DNA of 64,000 nucleotides from Piromyces finnis finn (taxonomy: Eukaryota; Fungi; Neocallimastigomycota). Shown here one piece after another: positions 39,902 through 52,963 of this stretch. Below the pieces are notes generated by a model. It ran no database searches and had not been told where the DNA came from. It saw nothing but the letters and a program-made list of their open reading frames with translations. The position numbers were made by a program, and so were the translations under genes. The stretch spans positions 1,426,001-1,490,000 of the forward strand of contig MCFH01000003.1 in assembly GCA_002104945.1 (NCBI GenBank). The letters are read 5' to 3'. How positions within the stretch are numbered: the first letter of the stretch is position 1; each line of letters begins with the position of its first letter.

Positions 39902-41659
39902 GGCATCAAATATTTTAAGCTTTATTATTAATTTAATTAAAATTATAATACATGTAATAAAAAAATTAAAATTAAAATAAAAATAAAAAAAAATATGTTT
40001 AAATAAACACAAATGAATAAAAATTGGGTATAATGTATTCTAGTAATTTTAATTAAAGTAAGAAAGCCACTATCATACTAAAGTATAATAATTGTATTTG
40101 ACTTCCAATGGGACACCGAGCCAAAGATCAAAATTTTGTCATGGAACAAAATTATGATCTCCATTGGTTGCGCTGGCCCTCGTGGCCTGTCTTACTGTTT
40201 CTTCAGCATTGACGCTCTTGGATGTTGCTTCAAACCTTTTGAACATTGACCATTGCTGGCCAATAGCAAAAGGCATGATTTTGGTTAGAAGTTCCGCTGT
40301 TACCGTCAAGAATGGTGTTCCTTCATTAGTACCAGATTGAATCTGATGCTTACAAAGTTCTTTCCATTCCCTTGAATTGTAATTGATATTGTTAAAACTT
40401 CTTCCCCCAAGAAGGAATTTAAATATTTTACTGCACACACTAGAATAATCATACACATTAATATTCACCGGATTATTAGAACTATTACTATCATTAACTA
40501 AATTACTATCTAAATTAGAATTATTATCTTCACTATTGCTATCATTACTAATATTGTTATTTCTATTATTGCTATTATTACTATTGTTACTATTACTATT
40601 GTTACTATTACTATTGTTATTACTACTATTGTTACTATTACTATTGTTATTACTACTATTGTTACTATTACTATTAATGTTATTACTATCTCTACTGATA
40701 TTATCAATTTCATTATTATTGATAGGACTATTGGAATTACGTTGACTGAAAAAATTTAATAGCTGGACTATGGAATCATAATGTTTAATACGGATATCTC
40801 TAAATGTTGGACAATCTAATAACCAATGTTTAATACTTTGATCTCCACACTTGCAACATGGACAGTAGTTAGGACAAACTGGATCAACAAATTTAGCAGC
40901 TTTGGCAACTCTAGCATCCAACTTGTATCCGCTTCTTGCTTTCAATAGCCAGTAGAAGCCATAGGCAAACTCTGGGTACTCATAACATAATTTAATAAAA
41001 TCTTTAGTTTCAATAAATTTATTATCATCATAATATTGCGCTTTGATTGAATTCCCTTTGAGATCTTTCCAATAAAAGTTTTTAACTGCTTTAACATCTC
41101 CATGTTTCTTTAATTTTTTATCAAGTGTCCTACTTGATTTGCACCACGTGTATTTTCTAAATTTAGGAATGTAATTGACAAGGTGTGAGATAATACAATT
41201 TGAGTTTTTCCATTTGTTAAAACATCTAACCTGAGCTAACGCACATTTGGCTGACAATGGAGGAATATTCAAATCTTTTGAAAGAGTATAAAGATATAAA
41301 CGATACAGCTTTATGAACTCCGGCAACCCATCGTATTCCTTTGTTAACATGCTTCTGAGCAATCCTAGACCTAGCTTTGTTGGATCCAAGTAATGGTGCA
41401 AAGTATGAAACTCTGCTAATCACTTGTGAGTTAAGTACTAGTTTTTTGAAAGGAATAGGAATATTAGGATTTCTTAAGAATTTACTGACTGAGAAAAGCC
41501 CTTTCAAAACCTTGTTATTAAGAGCTTTAATTACTGGTTTAAGGGACAGATTCTTATCAAATGGAACACCAAGATAAGTATAACAATCAGTAGTTGGAAT
41601 GGGTTGTCCTGCTAAGTAAAATGTTGGATCTCTCTTGATCTGATTTTCTATTGATTCAG
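39863..41659 (-). mobile_element. 5'-truncated LINE copy A inserted into copy B, with a 36-nt poly(A) tail and 13-bp TSD
   Basis: T36 at 39863-39898. Direct repeat AAAACATTTACCA at 39850-39862 and 41660-41672. Encodes thumb (YTYLGVPF), LLGSNK, CCHC knuckle, stop at 40139; one frameshift near 41290. Confidence 0.95.
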
Positions 41660-41802
41660 AAAACATTTACCACGTATACCTAATTTATGTAACTTTGTAA
41701 GGATATTAAAAATAGGAACTGAGTCGTATGCTTTTTTAAGGTCTAGAAAGGCGACATAAGTGGCTTTTCCTTTAAATTTTCTTCTTTGACAGATTTCTCT
41801 AG
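41660..41802 (-). mobile_element. LINE copy B, 5' stub (RT N-terminal motifs)
   Basis: EICQRRKFKGKATYVAFLDLKKAYDSVPIFNILTKLHKLGIRGKCF joins in frame, across the TSD, to GKCFDFLNNLY at 39862. Confidence 0.92.
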
Positions 41803-42406
41803 AGTAATGAGACATGGGAGGAATAGATCGGACGAGATCTTTAATAATACAATTTGATTTTCTCCATAAAAGTTTAATGAACTCTTCAATTTGTACTATA
41901 GCTAATAATAGATCTCTTCAATGACTAACCAAATATCCATTCCCAATTCTTGGATACCCTTAAAAACAAACATTTTTTTATAATATTTATAATTATTTTT
42001 AAACCTTATTAATATAAATCAAATTTAAATAAAATGAAATAAAAAATTTTTATTATTTATATTATTAATAATTTATACTTTATTTGATGATAGTTTAGTA
42101 GTAAAATTTAAATGTTAAAAATTATTAAAATGAAATAAAATAGAACCATTTTTAAAAAAAAATATTTTTTTAATATTAAAAATATTTAACTTTTATTATT
42201 AAATAAAAAAAATAATTATATATATATATTTATATATATACATTTTCTTATAAAATATTATTTATATACTATAATATATTTTAATTAATTATACAATTGA
42301 TAATGTTTTATAATATTTCTTCCTTAAAAATACAATATTAAAATAATACTTTATATTAAAGATTAAATGTTTAATATGATAAATAAATTCTTTACATTAA
42401 ATCCAT

Positions 42407-45145
42407 TTAAGCGTAGATTTTAGAACATTGAGCATTAATAGCATTACATTCAGAAGCTAAACTATCAGAATATGGCTTCTTCCAGCATTCTTGAAGATCG
42501 GCATAGCATTTTTGAGACATTTTGTTCTTACAATCATAGTCATTAGCACCACAGCTAGTGTAGTCAGTTGAAGTTGAAGTTGATGGAACATTTGGTTGAG
42601 AGGTAGCAATTTGTTTAGTAGCAGAAGTAACAATTTGTTTAGTAGCAGAAGTTGTTGGGAGTTGCTTAGAGGCAGCAGAAGTTGTTGGGAGTTGCTTAGA
42701 GGCAGCAGAGGTGGTTGGGAGTTGCTTAGAGGCAGCAGAGGTGGTTGGAAGTTGCTTAGAAGCAGCAGAGGTGGTTGGGAGTTGCTTAGAAGCAGCAGAG
42801 GTGGTTGGGAGTTGCTTAGAAGCAGCAGAGGTGGTTGGGAGTTGCTTAGAAGCAGCAGAGGTGGTTGGGAGTTGCTTAGAAGCAGCAGAGGTGGTTGGGA
42901 GTTGCTTAGAAGCAGCAGAGGTAGTTGGGAGTTGCTTAGAGGCAGCAGAGGTAGTTGGGAGTTGCTTAGAGGCAGCAGAGGTAGTTGGGAGTTGCTTAGA
43001 GGCAGCATTGTTAGTGGTTGGGAGTTGCTTAGAAGCAGCAGAGGTAGTTGGGAGTTGCTTAGAGGCAGCATTGTTAGTGGTTGGGAGTTGCTTAGAAGCA
43101 GCAGAGGTAGTTGGGAGTTGCTTAGAGGCAGCAGAGGTGGTTGGGAGTTGCTTAGAGGCAGCAGAGGTGGTTGGGAGTTGCTTAGAGGCAGCAGAGGTGG
43201 TTGGGAGTTGTTTAGAGGCAGCAGAGGTGGTTGGGAGTTGCTTAGAGGCAGCAGAAGTGGTTGGGAGTTGCTTAGAGGCAGCAGAAGTGGTTGGGAGTTG
43301 CTTAGAGGCAGCAGAAGTGGTTGGGAGTTGCTTAGAGGCAGCAGAAGTGGTTGGGAGTTGCTTAGAGGCAGCAGAAGTGGTTGGGAGTTGCTTAGAGGCA
43401 GCAGAAGTGGTTGGGAGTTGCTTAGAAGCAGCAGAAGTGGTTGGGAGTTGCTTAGAGGCAGCAGAGGTGGTTGGGAGTTGCTTAGAGGCAGCAGAGGTGG
43501 TTGGGAGTTGCTTAGAGGCAGCAGAGGTGGTTGGGAGTTGCTTAGAGGCAGCAGAGGTGGTTGGGAGTTGCTTAGAGGCAGCAGAGGTGGTTGGAAGTTG
43601 CTTAGAGGCAGCAGAGGTGGTTGGAAGTTGCTTAGAGGCAGCAGAGGTGGTTGGAAGTTGCTTAGAGGCAGCAGAGGTGGTTGGAAGTTGCTTAGAGGCA
43701 GCAGAGGTGGTTGGAAGTTGCTTAGAAGCAGCAGAGGTGGTTGGAAGTTGCTTAGAAGCAGCAGAGGTGGTTGGGAGTTGCTTAGAGGCAGCAGAAGTAG
43801 TTGGAAGTTGCTTAGAGGCAGCAGAGGTGGTTGGGAGTTGCTTAGAGGCAGCAGAGGTAGTTGGGAGTTGCTTAGAGGCAGCAGAGGTGGTTGGGAGTTG
43901 CTTAGAGGCAGCAGAGGTGGTTGGGAGTTGCTTAGAGGCAGCATTGTTAGTGGTTGGGAGTTGCTTAGAAGCAGCAGAAGTGGTTGGGAGTTGCTTAGAG
44001 GCAGCAGAAGTGGTTGGGAGTTGCTTAGAGGCAGCAGAAGTGGTTGGGAGTTGCTTAGAGGCAGCAGAGGTGGTTGGGAGTTGCTTAGAGGCAGCAGAGG
44101 TGGTTGGAAGTTGCTTAGAGGCAGCAGAGGTGGTTGGAAGTTGCTTAGAGGCAGCAGAGGTGGTTGGGAGTTGTTTAGAGGCAGCAGAGGTAGTTGGGAG
44201 TTGCTTAGAGGCAGCAGAGGTGGTTGGAAGTTGCTTAGAGGCAGCAGAAGTAGTTGGAAGTTGCTTAGAGGCAGCAGAGGTGGTTGGGAGTTGCTTAGAG
44301 GCAGCAGAAGTAGTTGGGAGTTGCTTAGAGGCAGCAGAGGTAGTTGGGAGTTGCTTAGAGGCAGCAGAGGTAGTTGGGAGTTGCTTAGAGGCAGCAGAGG
44401 TAGTTGGGAGTTGCTTAGAGGCAGCAGAGGTGGTTGGAAGTTGCTTAGAGGCAGCAGAGGTGGTTGGAAGTTGCTTAGAGGCAGCAGAAGTGGTTGGGAG
44501 TTGCTTAGAGGCAGCAGAAGTGGTTGGGAGTTGCTTAGAGGCAGCAGAGGTAGTTGGGAGTTGCTTAGAGGCAGCATTGTTAGTGGTTGGGAGTTGCTTG
44601 GAAGCAGCAGAGGTGGTTGGGAGTTGCTTAGAAGCAGCAGAGGTGGTTGGGAGTTGCTTAGAAGCAGCAGAGGTGGTTGGAAGTTGCTTAGAAGCAGCAG
44701 AGGTGGTTGGAAGTTGCTTAGAAGCAGCAGAGGTGGTTGGAAGTTGCTTAGAGGCAGCAGAGGTGGTTGGAAGTTGCTTAGAGGCAGCAGAAGTGGTTGG
44801 GAGTTGCTTAGAGGCAGCAGAAGTGGTTGGAAGTTGCTTAGAAGCAGCAGTAGTAACAATTTGCTTAGAAGCAGAAGTAATTTGTGGTTGAGATGGTTGA
44901 ACTGGTTGTGGATTTCCAGTGTAAGACCAGATTTCATTACATAAGTTGTTTAATTCAGAACATTTTTGGTAATCACCAGAACTCCAACATTCATTGGCCT
45001 TTTGTTGGCAAAGACTAGCTTGTTCTTGCTTACAACTGTAATCTTCAGTTCCACAAATAAGGTATGGGTTGCTAGCTCTCTTTTCCATAATTGGAAGAGC
45101 AGAAACACAACTGGCAACAGCTAATAAAACTAAACTGAATTTCAT
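42407..45145 (-). CDS. Secreted mucin-like protein with no catalytic domain: 6-Cys module, (TTSAASKQLP)n, 6-Cys module (912 aa, intronless)
   Basis: Signal peptide + IMEKR. N- and C-terminal Cys modules align closely with those of 31104-33560 (NPYL[VI]C...CNEIWSYTG; DYxSC..NDYDCKNKM..C...CSKIY). Confidence 0.92.
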   Translation of the reverse strand: MKFSLVLLAVASCVSALPIMEKRASNPYLICGTEDYSCKQEQASLCQQKANECWSSGDYQKCSELNNLCNEIWSYTGNPQPVQPSQPQITSASKQIVTTAASKQLPTTSAASKQLPTTSAASKQLPTTSAASKQLPTTSAASKQLPTTSAASKQLPTTSAASKQLPTTSAASKQLPTTSAASKQLPTTNNAASKQLPTTSAASKQLPTTSAASKQLPTTSAASKQLPTTSAASKQLPTTSAASKQLPTTSAASKQLPTTSAASKQLPTTSAASKQLPTTSAASKQLPTTSAASKQLPTTSAASKQLPTTSAASKQLPTTSAASKQLPTTSAASKQLPTTSAASKQLPTTSAASKQLPTTSAASKQLPTTSAASKQLPTTSAASKQLPTTSAASKQLPTTNNAASKQLPTTSAASKQLPTTSAASKQLPTTSAASKQLPTTSAASKQLPTTSAASKQLPTTSAASKQLPTTSAASKQLPTTSAASKQLPTTSAASKQLPTTSAASKQLPTTSAASKQLPTTSAASKQLPTTSAASKQLPTTSAASKQLPTTSAASKQLPTTSAASKQLPTTSAASKQLPTTSAASKQLPTTSAASKQLPTTSAASKQLPTTSAASKQLPTTSAASKQLPTTSAASKQLPTTSAASKQLPTTSAASKQLPTTSAASKQLPTTSAASKQLPTTSAASKQLPTTNNAASKQLPTTSAASKQLPTTNNAASKQLPTTSAASKQLPTTSAASKQLPTTSAASKQLPTTSAASKQLPTTSAASKQLPTTSAASKQLPTTSAASKQLPTTSAASKQLPTTSAASKQLPTTSAASKQLPTTSAASKQLPTTSATKQIVTSATKQIATSQPNVPSTSTSTDYTSCGANDYDCKNKMSQKCYADLQECWKKPYSDSLASECNAINAQCSKIYA
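42648..44849 (-). repeat. 30-bp coding tandem array, about 73 units
   Basis: Unit gaggtggttgggagttgcttagaggcagca on the + strand; variation almost all synonymous; four 33-bp TNN variants at 43006, 43069, 43942, 44575. Confidence 0.98.
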
Positions 45146-45983
45146 CTAAATTATTATAAAAACATATATTATTAATATTCATTATACCTTATATTTTTAT
45201 AATTTTTATACTTTCTCTAAAAAAAAATATTTATTATTTACTTTTAGAATTTTTTGTAAATAATGAAAAATAATAGATTTTTTAAATAGAGTTTATTGGT
45301 TAATTAAGGTTTAAAATATTCCTGCTTTTAAACTGTAATTATTTTTAATATTATTGTATAATATTTCTAAGGAAGTCTTTTTCTAATAAATTCTTAAAAA
45401 ACTTTAAATTCTTCCAGAGAATATAAGCTTATTAAGAAAAAATAAAAAATTAATATTTATTAATATTATATTAATAAAACGGATGAATAAATAAAAAATG
45501 TAATCTTTTTTTTTTCTTTTTATACTCTTATTCAAATATATTTAATTAAAAAATTAAAAAGTTTATTTAATAATATTTTTTAAATATTATCATTTTAATT
45601 ATTAATTTAATATAAACGGATAATTGAAAAAAATTATTTTGTTACACAAATTTAATATTGATTTTCATAAAAATTTAATTTATTCATATATTAAAGTATC
45701 CAATAATATTGACTAATACCTATTTATAATTAATTATATATTAATATTTTATTTTTATCATATATATTATTAAATTGATAATTAATTAATTAAATTAAAT
45801 AAACTGGTACACCTCTTTTTTTTTTTTTTATTAATGATGATAAATATATCATAATCTAAAAAAACTCTAAAATATAAAATAAATACTTCATTTTAAAAAT
45901 ATATCAAAATAAAAAGATTTAACAAAAAAGTTTTATATTTCACTTTTTTATAACCCATAACACAGTTCAATATCTATTCTACC

Positions 45984-46018
<35 letters not shown>

Positions 46019-47382
46019 TAATATTTTAGTTAATTTTTAGTCAACCTAAAAAGGAAAAATCGTTAACCTTTAATTAGTGTTAATATAAAACAATTTAATA
46101 TATGTTTTAAAAAATTAAATTATAAATTAGATTGATATGATTTTCATAAATGTTATTGGTGATGATTAAATGTAAATAAAGTTTAAATCCTAAAATTAGT
46201 TTTAACCGCAAAAATACCACCAAAATAATTTGAATATTTATTGAATCAATAGTGGTTGTTGTTGTGTTGCTTTAAATTATTAAACCTCTACTAATTATAT
46301 AATATTTTGGGTTTACCAAATATAAACATCAATTATGAAAGATAAATTAAGCGGGAATATCACTTTTTATTAAAATTCAATAATATAAATTTTATAAATT
46401 AAATTTTATAATTTTATAACACTTTTTTGGAAAAAAAAGTTTTAAAATGCCTTAAAATTTAGTTTCATTTGATGTTTATTCATTTATGCATACTAAATAT
46501 TAAAACCACACTTTTTAAAACTTTAATTCTTATTTTTTTCCTATTAGAATTGAAAAAAAAAAAAAAGAAAAACCTAATATTATAAAAAAAAAAACTTTAA
46601 AAAACAGAAATTTCAAGATAAAGTTAAGGCATATATTGAATTTAATATTTTTAATATTTTATTTATTAGAAATAACCATTTGACCTAGAATTGGTTAAAA
46701 AAATTGTTTCATTTTTATATATAGTATGATTTTAAATATACTAATAAAAAAAAATTAATAGATTGAAATGCAATAGCATTTTTATTAATGTTTTAAACCA
46801 CGGTTTCATTGAAATTATTTTTTGTTTAGAAATCAATATTTTCTACTATTTTCTATCATTATTTACTTTATTAACAACTTTGTTTTTCTAGTTCGTAAAA
46901 AATATATTCTTTTTACCTTTCTATATTTTTAATAGAAAAATACTTATAAAAACTTTAATTTATATTATTTAATTAATTAATTATTAATTTAAACTTTATT
47001 TAATAATAATTTTATTTTTTTATTTGTCAAAAAAAATTCATAAAATCTATATTTATATATATTATATTAAACTGTAATATATGTGTAATTAAATGAATAT
47101 ATTACATTTCATATAATAAAATAATCAATTATAAAAAGAAAAATTAATTTTTTTTTCCTTGTAGTGAAAAAAAAAAAACTAAATTCAAATGGGCAACAAT
47201 TCAAATTAATATCTTTAGTTTGTTGTTGTTGTTGTTGTTGTTTTTTTATAGTTTTCTCGCTATTTACAATATTTTGTTTACTTTTCATTAAAATTAATTT
47301 AATAATGTCTTTTTAGTTTTTTTTATTAAATATTTCTAATTTTTATTAGTATAAATGAACAGTTACAACTGATGATGTGTAG

Positions 47383-47685
47383 TTTTTATTTATTTATTTA
47401 TTTTATTTATTTATTTATTTATTTATTTTATTTTATTTTATTTTATTTTATTTTATTTTATTTTATTTTATTTTATTTTATTTTATTTTATTTTATTTTA
47501 TTTTATTTTATTTTATTTTATTTTATTTTATTTTATTTTATTTTATTTTATTTTATTTTATTTTATTTTATTTTATTTTATTTTATTTTATTTTATTTTA
47601 TTTTATTTTATTTTATTTTATTTTATTTTATTTTTATTTTATTTTATTTTATTTTATTTTATTTTATTTTATTTTATTTTATTTT
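47383..47685. repeat. (TTTA)n followed by (TTTTA)n microsatellite, about 300 bp
   Basis: Directly visible, near-perfect. Confidence 0.97.
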
Positions 47686-50060
47686 GTTAAAAAAAATTAT
47701 ATTCAATAGAAATGAAATGAATTACTTTTTATAAAATAAATAATTGTAGTAATACTATGGTTGATTTATCAAAAGTATTTCTTTTATGTCTTTAAAATTT
47801 TTTATAAAACTATTACTATGGAATTGATAGCTTAGCTTTTTAAAAATTTAAATGGGATACTTTTTTAAAATTAAAAAAATAATAATAAATAAACTTTTTA
47901 ATCTATTTCATATAAATTTTATTATAAATTTTAAAATTTACTTTAAAAAAAAATATTTTTTAATTAATGCCCTATACACAAATAATTATGTGATATTATA
48001 AGATTGTATTACAATATCATGAATGGTATCAGTGTGTATTTGTAAGTTGTTGATGAATTTTCTCTGTATAATAAAAATTTAGATTTTTATAAAAATATAG
48101 TATCATAATAATAAGAAATATATATACAAATGATATTAACTATGATACAATAATTCTTAATGATACCTTTTTTTTTTAATCTGTCCATCATTACAATAAT
48201 AATGTGAAGGTGATGATGCACTATGGTGCCCCATACCTTTTATTATTATTCGTTTCAAATGGTTTATATATAAAATATATAAAATTTTAATTTCATAAAA
48301 AAATGTTCAAAATTTAATATATTTTTAATTTGAATTTAGTATCCAATAATTTTGACATTTTTATTGGTGTGTAAAATGCTTTTTTAGGAAAAAAAAAATT
48401 TTTTTTAAATTAATTTTCCAAATTAGTAATGAATGTTTGAGAATAAATATAAAACAAAATTTTGACTTTTTTAAATAATAATATTTAACCTAATCAAATA
48501 TATAAATACACTATCTATATTATCCGAGTTTGTTTTTTTTTTTTTTAATAGCAATTTTATTAATAATTTTATTATTTATTTATTATTTATTTTACTTCAT
48601 ATTAAAACTAGGTGAAGAGAGAAAATAGGGAGGATAAAAGGATAAAAATAAAAGAAATTATTCTATTCATAATTTATTTGATTTACCTAAAAGTTAATCA
48701 AGAATTTATTAAAATTAACCACCACTATCACCACTAATTTTATCCAAAAAATTGAAAAATTTATATTCATTTATTTTAAAACATTAAAAAAAAAAGATTT
48801 TCATAAAATAATTGCGGTTAATGATAAGTAATTTAAACCAGAGGAATGTTCCTATTTAACCTATCAACTATTAACGATTAAGGGGAAATAATAGGATTAA
48901 ATAATAATTTTTAGTTAATTGAAATTTTGGTTAAACACAAAATAATTATAAAATAATTGTATATCCCATCTCAACAAAAAAATAATAAGAAATAAATATC
49001 AATTAAAATAATATATATACACATAATATCATAATCGTATTCAAAGTATTCATACCTATTGACATTTCTTAGTTGAAATTTATTAAAAAAAAATACCATA
49101 AAAATGAAAATTTTAAAAAAAAAAAAATTCAATTTATGACTCGTTTACTTATATATTTATATAATATAAAATAGTATATTAATTCAATATATTATTTATT
49201 AGTTTTAATATTAAAATTTTAAAATAAAAAAAGACGGTGAAAATTAAAAAAAAAATTTTTAATTATTAATAAAGTAAGAACGTTTTTAATTTATATAAAT
49301 TAAATTTAATAACTTTATTTATTATTAAAATGAATAAACTTTTTTTAAAAAATGAACTATATAATATGAAATATTAATTGCAATAAAGGAATTTGAAACA
49401 ACCTAAAAAACTAAATAAAAAATAATTTAAAGTTTAATATAACCAATAATGGTGAATTAAAAATAAATTCATTGGAACTATATTCCTTATAAAATGATGT
49501 ATACCACAATTATTGGTAATAAAATTGTTTTAAATTATTATTGTGTAATATTACTTTTGGTAATTATTTTATGAAATTATTATGGACAAAATTAGTAAAA
49601 TTAGGATAAAATATGGTTGTTTTTTTATAAAAAAGGATGCAATGATTTTGAAAAATATATAGATGTATATATATAGATGTATATACTTATAAAAAAAGTT
49701 TATGAATGATATCCATTATAATTATTTTAAAATAAAGAATAATTAATATTTCATAGACCTTTGAGAATCTAGAAAATCAGGTTCTATAGATTTGTTTTCA
49801 TTTGTTTGTTTGTTTTAAACTTTTTTATATAATAAAGAAAATTTTTGTCAATTTTATATTTTTGTCAATTCTTTTTTTAATTTTACTACGATAGAAAAAG
49901 AAAATTTAATAAAGTATAAATACTATGAAAGAATTTAGGTTAATTATATGGTATTATTAAATATAATCTTTTTTTTTTTTAATTTAAAATACTTTTTTGT
50001 TAGAAATATATGTTTAAATTAATGATACAAATTAATTTAATATATTTCTAATACTTCTGG

Positions 50061-50062
50061 TT

Positions 50063-50133
<71 letters not shown>

Positions 50134-50135
50134 TT
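50061..50135. repeat. (TTTA)n microsatellite
   Basis: Directly visible. Confidence 0.95.
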
Positions 50136-50933
50136 AAAACCGACGCCAAAGTAGATTAATTGATATAATAATTGTATTGTTTTTTTAAGATAATACTAAA
50201 AAAAAAAAAAAAAAAAAAAAAAAAACTTGACAAGTCTATTTTAATGGACTTACTGTCAAAGTTCAATAACTTTATTATTTCTACTCGTTATGATAATCCC
50301 AAAAAAAAAAAAATAGTTTAAATTACCTTTTACATGTTTTTAAAATTAAAAAAAATCTGCTTTTATTTATTTTCCTAACTACTGAAATAAAAAAAAAAAA
50401 GAATTATCTATTCTATTTTAAAATTGAAATTATCTTTTTTTAAAAGGTACACTACTATAACAAAAAATGGAATATTCTACTCATAAAATGAAATAGAAAT
50501 TAAACAATATTAGTCTATAGAGACATTATCACCTATTTATTAGTTATAGAAATTTCTTTTATTATAAAAAAATTTATTCTTTTCAGAGTTGAATCAATAT
50601 GAATAATGTATACATTTATATTCATAGATGTATTCATGATGTGTGTTACTTCATTAATATTAACAAAAATAAATGAAAAGGATGAAAAAAAAAAAAAAAG
50701 TGATATGGTATTTACAAAAAAGATATGAATAGTATTGTATTATCAAACTTTTTTTTTTTTCTTTAAAAAAAATAATTCATGAAATATAAAAGATATAATA
50801 AAAAAAATTAACTAAAAAAAAACTACTAATTTGATATGCATTTCACCCCACAAGTATACATTAAAAAACTTTTTAATTTAATATACGTTCTCTTGTTCTT
50901 TTTTTTTAAAAAAAAAAAAAAAGAAAAAAAAAC

Positions 50934-52963
<2,030 letters not shown>

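Noticed and set aside
42648-44849. CRISPR-like regular array
   Set aside because: Units are contiguous with no unique spacers, are protein-coding, the host is eukaryotic, and there are no cas genes
42457-44944. Three additional long ORFs (826, 782, 726 aa) overlapping the 912-aa gene
   Set aside because: By-product of a 30-bp unit lacking stops in those frames; only the 912-aa frame has a signal peptide and meaningful termini
31104-45145. Calling the Cys modules fungal dockerins, or the 912-aa protein a scaffoldin
   Set aside because: Cys/Trp spacing does not fit the dockerin consensus, and the repeat is a simple Ser/Thr/Pro linker, so neither name is supportable
47372-47734. 120-aa (FILFY)n ORF, and the similar poly-N/poly-Y ORFs at 56574-56925
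   Set aside because: Translations of microsatellites
50227-50259. Imperfect inverted repeat TTGACAAGTC...GACTTACTGTCAA
   Set aside because: Short, bulged, single copy; no TIR partner or RNA-gene context
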